A DNA stretch of 64,000 nt from Candidatus Latescibacterota bacterium (GCA_965203355.1 OZ241889.1:1536001-1600000), one strand, 5' to 3'; positions 24,387 to 35,421 are shown, numbered from the stretch's first letter. Program-made: numbers and translations. The notes: generated by a model not told the origin, from the sequence alone.

Positions 24387-26006
24387 ATGGCTGATGCAAA
24401 TCGCGTATATATTTTCGACACCACGCTGCGGGATGCCGAGCAGACGCCCGGTGCCTCGCTGACGGCTAGAGAGAAGCTGGAAATCGCCCACCAGTTGGCG
24501 CGGCTGAAGGTCGATATTATCGAGGCCGGCTTTCCGGTGTCCTCCAACGAGGACTTTGAGGCCGTGCGCCGCATTGGGCAGGAAGTTGCCGGGCCGGTAA
24601 TCTGTGGGCTGGCTCGCGCCGTGCCCAAGGACGTTGAGCGAGCGGGTGCGGCCCTCCAGGGCGCATCCCGGCCGCGGATCCACACCTTTATCGGCACATC
24701 GGATATTCAACTTGCGGGTCAGTTGCGCAAGGGCCGGGAAGAGGTGCTGAAAATGGCGGTGGAGTCGGTAGAGCAGGCCAAGTCGTACTGTGACGATGTC
24801 GAGTTTTCGCCCTTGGACGCCACGCGCACGGAGCCTAGCTACCTCAACGAGATTATCGCGGCGACCATCGCGGCCGGGGCGACGACTATCAATATCCCGG
24901 ACACAGTCGGCTATGCTGTACCCGAAGAATTTGGGGCGATGATCGCGCGGATTATCGCCGAGGTGCCCAACAGTGGAGACGCCATCATCAGCGTCCACTG
25001 CCACGACGATCTGGGCATGGCGGTACCCAATACCCTCTCGGCGATCAAAAAAGGCGCGCGCCAAGCCGAATGCACGATCAACGGCTTGGGCGAGCGGGCC
25101 GGCAATACCTCGCTGGAGGAAATCGTCATGGCGCTGAAGACGCGCCAGGACTACTTCGGCTTTGATACTGAAGTGGTCACCAAGGAGATCGTATCCACCA
25201 GTCGGCTGGTCAGCCGCTTGATGGGCATTGCGGTTCAGCCCAACAAGGCGATTGTCGGGGCCAATGCTTTTGCCCACAGCTCGGGCATCCACCAGGATGG
25301 GGTGCTCAAGCAGCGCGACACCTTTGAGATCATGGATCCGAAAGATGTAGGGCTGGAGGCTACCGAACTCGTGCTGACGGCGCGCTCGGGCCGTGCGGCA
25401 CTGCGGCACCGGCTGGAGGTCTTGGGCTACGAGTTGGATCAGGCGAAGCTGGACAAAGTCTACGAGAAGTTCTTGGAACTGGCCGACAAGAAGAAGGAGA
25501 TCTTCGACGAGGATCTGATCGAGATTTTCCTCGGCGACCCCGGCGAGGGGATAGACCGTTACGAGTTGAAGTATCTGCGCACGATTAGCTGCACCGGAAC
25601 CGTGCCCTCGGCGACGGTGCGTTTGATCATCGCTGGTGGCGAGCCAGTGGAGGGATCGGCTCAGGGCGACGGCCCGGTGGACGCTATTTATGAAGCGATT
25701 AACCGAGCGCTCGCTCGCCATCCGCTAGAAGACAACGACATCCAACTGGACAATTACGCCATTCGAGCGATCACTTCCGGTAGCCAAGCGCTGGGCGAGG
25801 TGACGGTGCACCTGTCGAGAAGTGGAGAACAGGCGCGGGGCCGGGGTGTTTCGACCGACGTTATCGAAGCCAGTGCCAAAGCCTATATCGACGCGCTGAA
25901 TCGCTTGCAACAGAAGGCCGTTGTGAACCAGTACGGTTTTCGACCGAACTTGACCGATGATGTCGACGAGTTGAACCGTCAGGCCCAAAAGAAACCCAAA
26001 GAATGA
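24387..26006 (+). CDS. leuA: 2-isopropylmalate synthase
   Basis: 'IFDTTLRDAEQTPG', 'HCHDDLGMA', 'GERAGN', C-terminal regulatory domain 'GDGPVDA'. Confidence 0.97.
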   Translation: MADANRVYIFDTTLRDAEQTPGASLTAREKLEIAHQLARLKVDIIEAGFPVSSNEDFEAVRRIGQEVAGPVICGLARAVPKDVERAGAALQGASRPRIHTFIGTSDIQLAGQLRKGREEVLKMAVESVEQAKSYCDDVEFSPLDATRTEPSYLNEIIAATIAAGATTINIPDTVGYAVPEEFGAMIARIIAEVPNSGDAIISVHCHDDLGMAVPNTLSAIKKGARQAECTINGLGERAGNTSLEEIVMALKTRQDYFGFDTEVVTKEIVSTSRLVSRLMGIAVQPNKAIVGANAFAHSSGIHQDGVLKQRDTFEIMDPKDVGLEATELVLTARSGRAALRHRLEVLGYELDQAKLDKVYEKFLELADKKKEIFDEDLIEIFLGDPGEGIDRYELKYLRTISCTGTVPSATVRLIIAGGEPVEGSAQGDGPVDAIYEAINRALARHPLEDNDIQLDNYAIRAITSGSQALGEVTVHLSRSGEQARGRGVSTDVIEASAKAYIDALNRLQQKAVVNQYGFRPNLTDDVDELNRQAQKKPKE

Positions 26007-26026
26007 CCGCGTAGAGGAGATTGGAG

Positions 26027-27424
26027 ATGGGTAAGACCCTGTTGCACAAGGTTTGGGACGCGCACACCGTGCGCGCGTTGCCCTCGGGACAGACTCAGTT
26101 GTTCGTTGGCCTGCATTTGGTCCACGAAGTGACTAGCCCTCAGGCCTTTGAGATGCTGCGGGAGCGCGGCCTTGCGGTCCGCTTCCCCGAGCGCACGTTT
26201 GCCACCGTGGATCACATCGTGCCCACGGACTTGGTGCAGCGGCCTTTTGTCGATGACTTGGCCGAGGAGATGATGGACGCGCTCGAGCAGAATACGGCCG
26301 AGTTCGAGATTCCGCTTTTTAACATCGACGACCAGCGTCAGGGAGTGGTCCACGTCATCGGCCCGGAGCTAGGGCTGACCCAGCCGGGCATGACCATTGC
26401 CTGCGGCGACAGTCACACTTCGACGCACGGAGCCTTTGGCGCGGTGGCCTTTGGCATTGGCACCAGCCAAGTCCGCGACGTGCTCGCCACGCAGTGCTTG
26501 GCCATGGACCCGCTCAAGGTGCGGCGGATCGAGGTTCGCGGGGCGCTGAGCGAGGGGGTGTACGCCAAGGACGTCATCTTGCACATCATCGGCCAACTCG
26601 GAGTCAAGGGCGGGGTTGGGTACGGCTATGAGTACGGCGGCTCAGTCATCGAGGCCATGTCCATTGAAGAGCGGATGACGGTGTGCAACATGTCGATTGA
26701 GGGCGGCGCTCGGGTCGGGTACGTCAATCCCGACCAGACGACGTACGACTATCTCAATGGGCGTCCTTATGCGCCGCGCAACTTTGAGACGGCGGTCGAG
26801 TGGTGGGAGTCCATGGCCTCAGACGCCGACGCCGAGTACGACGACCTAGTCCACATTGACGGACGCGCGATCGGCCCGACCGTGACGTGGGGCATTACGC
26901 CGGGCCAATCGGTTGGCATCGACCAAGCCCTGCCCGCACTAGACACCTTTGCCGCGGCCGACCGCTCCACCGTCCAAGAGGCCCTCGGTTACATGGATTT
27001 TGAGCCGGGGCAGAAGGTCGCCGGCACCAAGATAGATGTGGCGTTTATCGGCTCTTGCACCAATGGGCGGCTCTCGGATCTGCGCGAGGCCGCTCGGGTC
27101 GCTCGCGGGCGCAAGGTGGCCCCCGGCGTCCGCGCCCTCGTGGTGCCGGGGTCGCAACAGGTGCGGGCCGCGGCCGAGGCCGAGGGCCTGCACGAGATTT
27201 TCGCGGAAGCCGGGTTCCAGTGGCGGGGGGCGGGTTGCTCCATGTGCTTGGCGATGAATCCCGACAAACTGCAAGGCCGCGAACTGTGTGCCTCGTCGTC
27301 CAACCGCAACTTCAAAGGCCGGCAAGGCAGTCCCACTGGCCGCACCTTGCTGATGAGTCCGGCCATGGTCGCGGCGGCCGCGGTGGCCGGTGAGGTCGCG
27401 GATGTGCGGGAGTTGGTGAGATAG
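26027..27424 (+). CDS. leuC: 3-isopropylmalate dehydratase large subunit
   Basis: '[12 protein letters not shown]', '[11 protein letters not shown]', 'FIGSCTNGR', 'GCSMCLAMN'. Confidence 0.98.
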   Translation: MGKTLLHKVWDAHTVRALPSGQTQLFVGLHLVHEVTSPQAFEMLRERGLAVRFPERTFATVDHIVPTDLVQRPFVDDLAEEMMDALEQNTAEFEIPLFNIDDQRQGVVHVIGPELGLTQPGMTIACGDSHTSTHGAFGAVAFGIGTSQVRDVLATQCLAMDPLKVRRIEVRGALSEGVYAKDVILHIIGQLGVKGGVGYGYEYGGSVIEAMSIEERMTVCNMSIEGGARVGYVNPDQTTYDYLNGRPYAPRNFETAVEWWESMASDADAEYDDLVHIDGRAIGPTVTWGITPGQSVGIDQALPALDTFAAADRSTVQEALGYMDFEPGQKVAGTKIDVAFIGSCTNGRLSDLREAARVARGRKVAPGVRALVVPGSQQVRAAAEAEGLHEIFAEAGFQWRGAGCSMCLAMNPDKLQGRELCASSSNRNFKGRQGSPTGRTLLMSPAMVAAAAVAGEVADVRELVR

Positions 27425-27437
27425 ACAAGGAGACATC

Positions 27438-28040
27438 GTGGAAAATTCGAGTGTGATTAAGACGATAACTGGCCGCGGCATAGTGGTGCGCGGGGCTGAC
27501 ATTGATACCGACCGCATCATTCCGGCTCGTTTTTTGCGGACGGTGACCTTTGAGCATCTGGGGGGCCATGCTTTTGCAGATGAGCGCGCCGGTGGCGACC
27601 ATCCCTTTGACCAAGCTCGCTTTCAAGGCGCGTCAATCCTGCTGGCCAACGCCAATTTCGGCTGCGGGTCCTCGCGCGAACACGCGCCGCAGGCTCTGAT
27701 GCGCTGGGGGATCAAGGGCTTTGTCGCCGAGTCTTTTGCCGAGATTTTCTTTGGCAACTGCATCGCCATGGGGCTGCCCTGTGTGCGGGTGAAGGCCGAG
27801 GACATGCAGACTTTGATGGACGCGGTCGAGCGCGATCCAGCGCAGGCGGTGGCCCTTGATCTCGAAGCGCGGCAAGTGCGCTGGGCCGGCGGTGAAATGG
27901 CCGCCGATATGGCCGATGGCCCGCGCGAGCAATTTCTCAAGGGGAGCTGGGATTCGCTGGGCCAGCTTTTGGCCGCTGGCGATCAGATCGGCCAGACCGC
28001 CGCTCGCTTGCCCTACACGCGTGCCTTTGCCGCTGATTAG
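27438..28040 (+). CDS. leuD: 3-isopropylmalate dehydratase small subunit
   Basis: 'DIDTDRIIPARFL', 'NFGCGSSREHA'. Confidence 0.97.
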   Translation: MENSSVIKTITGRGIVVRGADIDTDRIIPARFLRTVTFEHLGGHAFADERAGGDHPFDQARFQGASILLANANFGCGSSREHAPQALMRWGIKGFVAESFAEIFFGNCIAMGLPCVRVKAEDMQTLMDAVERDPAQAVALDLEARQVRWAGGEMAADMADGPREQFLKGSWDSLGQLLAAGDQIGQTAARLPYTRAFAAD

Positions 28041-28081
28041 ACGATGTACAACCGACAAACCTCAACATAGGAGACACATAA

Positions 28082-29140
28082 TTGCACAAGATCGCCGTAA
28101 TACCCGGAGACGGAACAGGGCCTGAAGTGGTGGTTGAGGGGCTGAAAGCGCTCGACGCTGTAGCGGCTAAGCAGGGATTCAAATACGAGACGGTGGAGTT
28201 CGATTTTGGCGGCGACCGCTACTTGCGCACCGGCGAGGTTTTGCCCGATTCGGCGGCCGACGACTTCAGGCAGTTTGACGCCATTTACCTAGGGGCCATC
28301 GGCCACCCCGACGTGAAGCCGGGTATTCTCGAAAAGGGCATTCTGCTGAGGCTGCGCTTTGAACTGGACCAGTACATCAATCTGCGCCCGGTCAAGCTCT
28401 ACCCCAACGTGCCGACGCCGATTAAGGACAAGGGGCCGGAGGATATTGACTTCGCGGTGGTGCGCGAAAATACCGAAGGGCTGTACGCGGGTTCCGGCGG
28501 CTTCCTCAAAAAGGGTACGCCCGACGAGATCGCGGTGCAGGAATCCATCAACACGCGCAAAGGCGTCGAGCGCTGTCTGCGCTATGCCTTTGAGTACGCG
28601 CAGCGGCGCAACAAGGACAACACCTTGACCTTGTGCGGCAAGACCAACGTGCTGACGTATGCCTTCGACCTGTGGGAGCGGGCGTTTGAGGAAATCGGCG
28701 CGGCCGACTATCCGGCCATTAAGCGCGACTACGCCCACGTCGATGCCATCTGCATGTGGATGGTCAAAAATCCCGAATGGTTCGACGTGATAGTTACCGA
28801 CAACATGTTTGGCGACATCATCACGGATTTGGGCGCGATGATCCAAGGCGGAATGGGCATTGCCGCCGGTGGCAATATAAACCCCGAAGGCGTGTCGATG
28901 TTTGAGCCGATCGGCGGCTCGGCACCCAAGTACACCGGCCAGAATATCATCAATCCGCTGGCCGCCATCGGCGCTTGTCAGCTCATGCTTGACACGCTCG
29001 GAGAGTACGAGGGTGCCAACGTGTTGGAAGGTGCTATCGTCTCGACGCTGGGCAAGCTCGACGATATGGGCGCGGGAAGAATGGGGTATTCCACTGCTGA
29101 AGTAGGCGATCTAGTAGCCCAAGCTGTGGCCGACGCCTAG
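28082..29140 (+). CDS. leuB: 3-isopropylmalate dehydrogenase
   Basis: '[10 protein letters not shown]', 'RENTEGLY', 'NMFGDIITD'; TTG start after AGGAG; operon context. Confidence 0.93.
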   Translation: MHKIAVIPGDGTGPEVVVEGLKALDAVAAKQGFKYETVEFDFGGDRYLRTGEVLPDSAADDFRQFDAIYLGAIGHPDVKPGILEKGILLRLRFELDQYINLRPVKLYPNVPTPIKDKGPEDIDFAVVRENTEGLYAGSGGFLKKGTPDEIAVQESINTRKGVERCLRYAFEYAQRRNKDNTLTLCGKTNVLTYAFDLWERAFEEIGAADYPAIKRDYAHVDAICMWMVKNPEWFDVIVTDNMFGDIITDLGAMIQGGMGIAAGGNINPEGVSMFEPIGGSAPKYTGQNIINPLAAIGACQLMLDTLGEYEGANVLEGAIVSTLGKLDDMGAGRMGYSTAEVGDLVAQAVADA

Positions 29141-29162
29141 CGCAACCGAGGGAAGCGACATC

Positions 29163-30758
29163 ATGCGCATCGAAGTCTATGACTCCACGCTGCGAGACGG
29201 TGCCCAAGCCGAGGGCATTTCCTATTCGCTAGAGGACAAGCTGCTGATCGCGCAGCGGCTCGACGCGCTGGGGGTCGATTACATCGAAGGGGGCTGGCCC
29301 AATCCGACCAATCCCAAGGATCTGGCTTTTTTTCAAGAAGTGAAGCAGCTAGGGCTGAAGGCGCAGGTGACGGCCTTTGGCAGTACGCGCCGGGCTGGTG
29401 TGGCTCCGGCCCAAGACGCGACCTTGAACACGCTGCTGCGAGCCGAGACCGACAGCGTTTGCATCTTTGGCAAGAGCTGGACCTTGCACGTCGTCGAGGC
29501 GCTCAAGACGACGCTAGCAGAAAATCTACAGCTAATCGGGGACTCGGTCGCCTATCTGGTCGCGCATGGCCGCGAGGTGATTTACGACGCCGAGCATTTT
29601 TTCGATGGCTATAAGGCCGATGCCGATTACGCGGTCGAGACGCTGTTGGCTGCCGAGCGCGGTGGAGCGCGGATTTTGGTACTCTGCGACACGAATGGCG
29701 GCACCCTGACCAGCGAGATGGGCCAGATCGTCGAGGCGATCAAAGCGCAGATTGGCATTCCTTTTGGCATCCACGCGCACAACGATGCTGGCGTCGGCGT
29801 GGCCAATGCGCTCGTTGCCGTAGAACGGGGCGCGGTGCAAGTGCAAGGGACCTTCAACGGCTATGGCGAGCGCTGCGGCAACGCCAACTTGTGCGCGATC
29901 TTGCCCAACTTGGAACTGAAGATGGGCTACCAGACGGTGGGCCGCGACAATCTCGCGGGCCTGATGGGCTTTTCGCGCTTCCTCAGCGAGATCGCCAACG
30001 TCTATCACGATCACCGGCAGCCGTATGTCGGCGAAAGCGCATTCGCTCACAAGGGCGGCGTCCACATCGACGCCATGACCAAGAACCCGCGCTGCTACGA
30101 ACACATCGATCCCATAGCCACCGGCAACGAGCGGCGGTTCTTGGTCTCCGACCAAGCGGGTGGCGCGACGATTGTCAGTAAGCTGCGGCGATTTTTGCCC
30201 GACATAGAGAAGCGGGATCCGCTGGTGGGGCGGGTTTTGGAGCGGGTCAAGCAGTTGGAGCACGAGGGCTATCAGTTCGAGGCAGCCGAGGGGTCGTTTG
30301 AGCTGCTGGCGCGGCGAGTCCAAGGTACGTACGAGGATGTATTCACGCTGATTAACTTCCGCACGATCAATCGCCGGATCCGGGAACACGCCGAAGAAGC
30401 CGAGGCCATTGTCAAGGTCGCTGTTGGCGCGGCCGAGTACCATACGGTTGCGGCCGGCGATGGCCCGGTCAACGCGCTCGACCAAGCACTGCGCAAGGCC
30501 CTGGAACAGGAGTTTCCCGCGCTCGAGCAGGTGCATCTGGCGGATTACAAGGTGCGGGTGTTGTCGAGCGGCGACGGGACCGCCGCCAAGGTGCGGGTGT
30601 TGATCGAGTCGTCGGACGGCAAAGACGTGTGGGGTACGGTGGGGGTTTCGGAGAACGTGATCGAGGCGAGTTGGATCGCACTGGCCGATAGCTTGCACTA
30701 CAAATTGATGAAAGACGCGCTGGCTGCGCGGGCGGTCGGCGCGACCGGAACGGATTGA
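29163..30758 (+). CDS. cimA: Citramalate synthase
   Basis: 'DSTLRDGAQAEG', 'YIEGGWP', 'YDAEHFFDG', 'GERCGNANL', 'YEHIDP'. Confidence 0.92.
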   Translation: MRIEVYDSTLRDGAQAEGISYSLEDKLLIAQRLDALGVDYIEGGWPNPTNPKDLAFFQEVKQLGLKAQVTAFGSTRRAGVAPAQDATLNTLLRAETDSVCIFGKSWTLHVVEALKTTLAENLQLIGDSVAYLVAHGREVIYDAEHFFDGYKADADYAVETLLAAERGGARILVLCDTNGGTLTSEMGQIVEAIKAQIGIPFGIHAHNDAGVGVANALVAVERGAVQVQGTFNGYGERCGNANLCAILPNLELKMGYQTVGRDNLAGLMGFSRFLSEIANVYHDHRQPYVGESAFAHKGGVHIDAMTKNPRCYEHIDPIATGNERRFLVSDQAGGATIVSKLRRFLPDIEKRDPLVGRVLERVKQLEHEGYQFEAAEGSFELLARRVQGTYEDVFTLINFRTINRRIREHAEEAEAIVKVAVGAAEYHTVAAGDGPVNALDQALRKALEQEFPALEQVHLADYKVRVLSSGDGTAAKVRVLIESSDGKDVWGTVGVSENVIEASWIALADSLHYKLMKDALAARAVGATGTD

Positions 30759-31096
30759 GTGCTCAAAGCAAGGAGCAAGACGTAGAATGTAAGATCGGCG
30801 ACCTCACGGTGTGTCTCACAGGTGATTACGATACTAAAGTTGCCGACTAATTCCATCGAATAGCATTTAGCCGAGATAGAAGCCGTTTCTCGCTTCGTCT
30901 GTGCTTCGGACGTCTAGACATATTGTCCTTGCGAGTCTGTTCAAGAGGTCGGATACTCTATCATCGTCCGTTGTAGCCGATCTTACAGCCACGGGCAACC
31001 AGCGAGTGGGATGATGGTGCTCAGCAAGCTGTGGCGATTTTTGCAAAATGATGGTAGGAAAGAGCTAAAAAAGAAGTAAACAGGAGCATCAAACTT

Positions 31097-31390
31097 ATGG
31101 CATCTCTTACTCTCAGAAAGGCCGTCGAGGCCGCCTTGGGGCACTTTGCAGCCAACGCCGATTTATTGGGGGCAACCGATCCTCAAGATGTTACATTTGA
31201 AGAAGCCGAATTATCGGAAGACGAGGCGTATTGGTATATAACTTTGGGCTATCCTACCAAAAAGAGAGTGCAAGGCTTTGTGGAACCTTTCCTCTATGAG
31301 CAAAAATACACTATTTTTGTAATTGACGGCGAGGCGGGAACTCTGCGGTCCTTAAAGATGAGATCAGATGTCGAATCCACTCTGCTCTGA
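31097..31390 (+). CDS. Small hypothetical protein, probable partner/antitoxin of downstream PIN protein
   Basis: AGGAG RBS, 97 aa, overlaps the PIN gene. Confidence 0.65.
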   Translation: MASLTLRKAVEAALGHFAANADLLGATDPQDVTFEEAELSEDEAYWYITLGYPTKKRVQGFVEPFLYEQKYTIFVIDGEAGTLRSLKMRSDVESTLL

Positions 31391-31877
31391 ACTAGCACAT
31401 CGCTACCGCACAGCAGGAGTCCTTGTAGATACGAATATTCTTCTTCTTCTTTTTGTCGGCTCGGTTCAGCGTCGCTTGATAGAACGATTCAAGAGGACTA
31501 GTGCTAGAGGTTTTGCGGCGAGAGACTACGATCTTTTGACGAGCTTTTTGAAACTTTTTGACAATCGAGTCGTCACTACGCCTCATATTCTCACTGAAGT
31601 AAGCAATCTCGCCGGACAACTGGGTTCCCAAAAACAGCGATTCTTTTCGTATTTTGCCAAAGGTATTTCCCAGTTAATAGAACATTGTGAGTCTAGCGAA
31701 AACTTGGCACAAATAGAATCTTTTGTAAAATTCGGCTTGACAGATGCCGCTATCATCAACTTGGTGAAGGGCCAATATCTAGTACTCACGGATGACTTTC
31801 GTCTATCCAATTACTTGGGCAAGCAGGGCGTTGACGTAATCAATTTCAATCACCTTAGATTTGCCAGTTGGCGTTGA
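31368..31877 (+). CDS. PIN-domain (VapC-like) ribonuclease
   Basis: 'VLVDTNILLL', 'TTPHILTEVSN', 'GLTDAAI', 'LVLTDD' acidic PIN residues. Confidence 0.85.
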   Translation: MSNPLCSELAHRYRTAGVLVDTNILLLLFVGSVQRRLIERFKRTSARGFAARDYDLLTSFLKLFDNRVVTTPHILTEVSNLAGQLGSQKQRFFSYFAKGISQLIEHCESSENLAQIESFVKFGLTDAAIINLVKGQYLVLTDDFRLSNYLGKQGVDVINFNHLRFASWR

Positions 31878-31997
31878 TACTATATCTCGAAAAAGGAATG
31901 TGGCAATGAACATACTAAACGACGGCAACATTTGCTCGGCGAAAAGGTTGCAAGCCACCGTGCGGGCGGTCGGCGCGACCGGAACGGATTGAGTGCT

Positions 31998-33191
31998 ATG
32001 AGAGTCATCGAGGGCGGCGGGGTCACTGCGCCGAGTGGGTACCGGGCGGCTGGGATCCAGACGGGTGTCAAGGAGTCGGGTGCGAAGGATTTGGCCCTGG
32101 TGTATTCGACGCGCCCGGCCAATGCGGCGGCGGTGTACACCACCAACAAAGTGCAAGGTGCGCCCATTGCCATTGACCGCGAGCACCTCGCCGACGGCAA
32201 GGCGCGGGCCGTCATTCTCAACAGCGGCAACGCCAATGTCTGCAACGGCGACAGCGGTTTAGAACACGCCCGGCGAATGTGCGCCCTGACGGCAAGCGAG
32301 TTGGGGCTGCAAACGGACGAAGTGCTGGTCTGTTCCACCGGCTTGATCGGCGTGCCCCTGCCGATTGCCAAGATCGAAGCGGGCATCCCGCGCATTGTCG
32401 CGGCATTGTCCGCGGAAGGCGGGGCGCTGGCCGCCGAAGCGATTATGACCACGGACACCGTGCCGAAAAGCGGCGCCGTCGAGGTCGAGTTGGAAGCGGG
32501 CCGCGCCGTGGTTGGGGCGATGGCCAAAGGGGCGGCGATGATCGCCCCCAATATGGCGACGATGCTGTCGGTGGTGACCACGGACGCGGCCGTGCCGAGC
32601 GGGCAACTACGGGAACTGCTGTCGCAGGCCATTCAGCGCACGTTCAACTGCATCACGGTTGACGGCGACATGAGCACGAGCGACACGGTGATTCTGATGG
32701 CCAATGGCGATGGTTCGGCGCTAGGCGCGCGCGATTGTGAGCATCTCTACGAAGGCATTGAGTATGTGTGCCGACAGATGGCTCAGGCGATCGCGCGCGA
32801 CGCCGAGGGGTCGTCCAAGCTGATCGCCATCGCGGTGCGCGGAGCGGCTACGGAAGCTGAAGCGAGGCAGATCGGCCTAGCGGTGGCCAATTCGAGTTTG
32901 GTGAAGACCGCAGCGTTTGGCAATGACCCCAACTGGGGACGCATTCTGTGCGCGATGGGATACGCCGGCGTCGAGTTCGACCCCGAGACCGCGCGCGTGT
33001 CGCTGTGCGGCACCGACATCTACGGCCATGGTGCCGGTATTGATTTCGACGAGGAGAAGCTGAGCGCGGCCATGCAGGCCGAGGAAATGACCATTGGCAT
33101 TGACTTGGCGATGGGCGCGGCCGCGGCTGAAATTTTCACCTGCGATCTGACCTACGAGTACGTGCGTCTGAACGCCGAATACACCACCTGA
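31998..33191 (+). CDS. argJ: Glutamate N-acetyltransferase / ornithine acetyltransferase
   Basis: 'NSGNANV', 'IMTTDT', 'KGAAMIAPNMATML', 'NAEYTT'. Confidence 0.97.
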   Translation: MRVIEGGGVTAPSGYRAAGIQTGVKESGAKDLALVYSTRPANAAAVYTTNKVQGAPIAIDREHLADGKARAVILNSGNANVCNGDSGLEHARRMCALTASELGLQTDEVLVCSTGLIGVPLPIAKIEAGIPRIVAALSAEGGALAAEAIMTTDTVPKSGAVEVELEAGRAVVGAMAKGAAMIAPNMATMLSVVTTDAAVPSGQLRELLSQAIQRTFNCITVDGDMSTSDTVILMANGDGSALGARDCEHLYEGIEYVCRQMAQAIARDAEGSSKLIAIAVRGAATEAEARQIGLAVANSSLVKTAAFGNDPNWGRILCAMGYAGVEFDPETARVSLCGTDIYGHGAGIDFDEEKLSAAMQAEEMTIGIDLAMGAAAAEIFTCDLTYEYVRLNAEYTT

Positions 33192-33197
33192 GGAGCT

Positions 33198-34379
33198 ATG
33201 CCACTTTCGCACCATGTCCAGCGCGTCCAGCCATCGGTTACCATGCAGATTTCGGCTCGGGCCGCGGCCATGCAGCGCGCCGGTATCGACGTGGTTTCGC
33301 TGTCGGCGGGTGAGCCGGATTTCGATACGCCGCAAAACGTCAAAGACGCTGGCATCCGCGCCATTGCCGAAGGCTTTACCAAGTACACCACCCCGGGGTC
33401 GGGGATCATCGAGCTCAAGGAGGCGATCTGCCGCAAGTTCGAGCGCGACAACGGCTTGGTTTATACAACCGACGAAGTGATCGTCAACAACGGGGCCAAG
33501 CACTCGCTCTTTTTGGCCGTGGCGGCTCTGGTCAATCCCGGCGACGAGGTCATCATCCCCGCGCCCTACTGGGTGACGTATCGGGAGCAGCCGCGGCTGG
33601 TGGGCGGCGAGCCGGTGATCGTCGAGACCCAAGCGGCCAACGGACTCAAGCTGACCGCAGACGAGTTCCGCGCTGCCATTACGCCCCGCACGCGGATGCT
33701 TTTCTTGTGCTCGCCGTCCAACCCCAGCGGCGCGGTGTACACCCGTGATGAATTGGCGAGCTTGGCGGCGGTGGCTGTTGAGCACGGGGTCTATGTGCTC
33801 AGCGACGAAATCTACGAGAAACTGATCTACGACGAAGCCGAGCACCACTCCATTGCAGCTTGTAGCCCGGCGGCCAAGGAATTCAGCATTGTAGTCAATG
33901 GGGTGTCCAAGGCCTATTCGATGACCGGCTGGCGCATCGGCTACACCGGGGCCAGCGAGGCGATCATCGCCGGCATGAACAAGGTGCAAAGTCAGGAAGT
34001 GTCGCATCCTTCGTCGATGGCGCAGAAAGCGGCTGTCGAGGCGCTCAATGGCCCGCAGGAATCGGTCGAGGAAATGCGCCGAGCCTTTGATGCGCGGCGG
34101 CGCTATATGGTCGAGCGTCTAAACGCCATCGAAGGCGTGGAATGCACGTTGCCGTCGGGGGCTTTTTACGCCTATCCCAATGTCGCCGCGTACTACGGCA
34201 GCTCGGTCCGCGATTCCGTGGCCCTGTGCGAGTATTTGCTCGAAGAGGTCAAGGTGGCCTGTGTGCCCGGCGCAGGGTTTGGCACCTACGAGCACATCCG
34301 CCTCTCCTATGCTACGTCGCTAGATCTGATTGAAAAGGCGCTGGACCGAGTTGAGGCGGCACTAGGTGGGTTGGCGTGA
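33198..34379 (+). CDS. PLP-dependent class I/II (aspartate) aminotransferase
   Basis: 'GEPDFDTP', 'SPSNPSG', 'SDEIYEK', 'SKAYSMTGWRIG'. Confidence 0.92.
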   Translation: MPLSHHVQRVQPSVTMQISARAAAMQRAGIDVVSLSAGEPDFDTPQNVKDAGIRAIAEGFTKYTTPGSGIIELKEAICRKFERDNGLVYTTDEVIVNNGAKHSLFLAVAALVNPGDEVIIPAPYWVTYREQPRLVGGEPVIVETQAANGLKLTADEFRAAITPRTRMLFLCSPSNPSGAVYTRDELASLAAVAVEHGVYVLSDEIYEKLIYDEAEHHSIAACSPAAKEFSIVVNGVSKAYSMTGWRIGYTGASEAIIAGMNKVQSQEVSHPSSMAQKAAVEALNGPQESVEEMRRAFDARRRYMVERLNAIEGVECTLPSGAFYAYPNVAAYYGSSVRDSVALCEYLLEEVKVACVPGAGFGTYEHIRLSYATSLDLIEKALDRVEAALGGLA

Positions 34380-34418
34380 ATTGGGAATTTGCAATGGCTA
34401 ATCTCAGGAGGTTTTCCC

Positions 34419-35381
34419 GTGAATAACAGTGGATTTTGCCTCGATTTTGAACGCGAGCTGGTCGAGCTGCAAAAGAAAATCGACGAGCTAAAAAGCCAAG
34501 CCGAAGCGGATGGCTTGAATTTGGATGAGGGCGTGCGCAAGCTCGAAGCGCAGGCCGAGAAGAAGCGCAGAGCAATCTACGCCAATCTCAGCCCTTGGCA
34601 GCGGGTGCAGATCGCGCGCCACCCGAACCGCCCGTACGCGCTCGATTACATTGAGCGGATGCTCGCGGATTTTACCGAGTTACACGGCGACCGCCTTTTT
34701 GCCGACGACCCCTCGGTCGTTGGCGGGCCGGCCCGACTAAACGACGAATCGATCATGGTCGTCGGCATCCAGAGCGGACGCAACCTCGAAGAGCGCCAAA
34801 AGCGCAACTTCGGCATGCCGCATCCAGAAGGGTACCGCAAGGCCCGCCGCCTGATGCAGATGGCGGCCAAGTTCAAATTGCCAATTTTGACCTTGGTCGA
34901 TACCTCGGGGGCGTATCCCGGGATCGAGGCCGAGGAGCGAGGCCAAGCCGAGGCCATCGCCCGCAACCTCTACGAGATGTCGCATTTGCCCGTGCCCATT
35001 GTCGTGGCCATCGTCGGCCAGGCCTTTAGCGGGGGTGCCATTGGCATCACGGTTGGCGACCGAATTCTGATGCTGGAGCACGCTTGTTATTCGGTGATTG
35101 TGCCGGAGAGTTGCTCGACGATCCTGTTCAAGGTGCGCGAGCGCCGAGAGGAAGCGGCCGAAGCCCTCAAGCTCACGGCTACCGATCTAAAGGAGCAGGG
35201 GATCATCGACCGCATCGTGTCCGAGCCGTTGGGGGGCGCACATCACGACTGGGATGCGACGGCCGCCATGCTCAAACGCCACGTGCAAGATGCCTTAGCT
35301 GAGCTTCGGCCACTCGCGCCAGAAGCGCTAGTGGCCCAGCGGCTGGACAAGTTCGCGGCGATGGCCCGCTTTGGCGAATAG
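34419..35381 (+). CDS. accA: Acetyl-CoA carboxylase carboxyltransferase alpha subunit
   Basis: 'LDFEREL', 'ARHPNRPY', 'RNFGMPHPEGYRKA', 'AEERGQAEAIARNL'; GTG after AGGAGG. Confidence 0.96.
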   Translation: MNNSGFCLDFERELVELQKKIDELKSQAEADGLNLDEGVRKLEAQAEKKRRAIYANLSPWQRVQIARHPNRPYALDYIERMLADFTELHGDRLFADDPSVVGGPARLNDESIMVVGIQSGRNLEERQKRNFGMPHPEGYRKARRLMQMAAKFKLPILTLVDTSGAYPGIEAEERGQAEAIARNLYEMSHLPVPIVVAIVGQAFSGGAIGITVGDRILMLEHACYSVIVPESCSTILFKVRERREEAAEALKLTATDLKEQGIIDRIVSEPLGGAHHDWDATAAMLKRHVQDALAELRPLAPEALVAQRLDKFAAMARFGE

Positions 35382-35421
35382 GGCGCGTTTTGTCGCGGAC
35401 GAGCCAATCGTAGGTTTTGGC

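Larger units (their letters stand above)
30728..31997. mobile_element. Lower-GC cassette bounded by a perfect 36-bp direct repeat of the cimA 3' end (30728-30763 / 31962-31997)
   Basis: gcgggcggtcggcgcgaccggaacggattgagtgct occurs twice; second copy abuts the argJ ATG. Confidence 0.85.

Noticed and set aside
30764-31096. Possible gene remnant upstream of the PIN module
   Set aside because: No ORF of 60 aa or more in the track and no recognisable motif.
31932-31997. N-terminal extension of ArgJ in the ORF track
   Set aside because: It runs through the duplicated cimA end; the ATG at 31998 fits ArgJ better.
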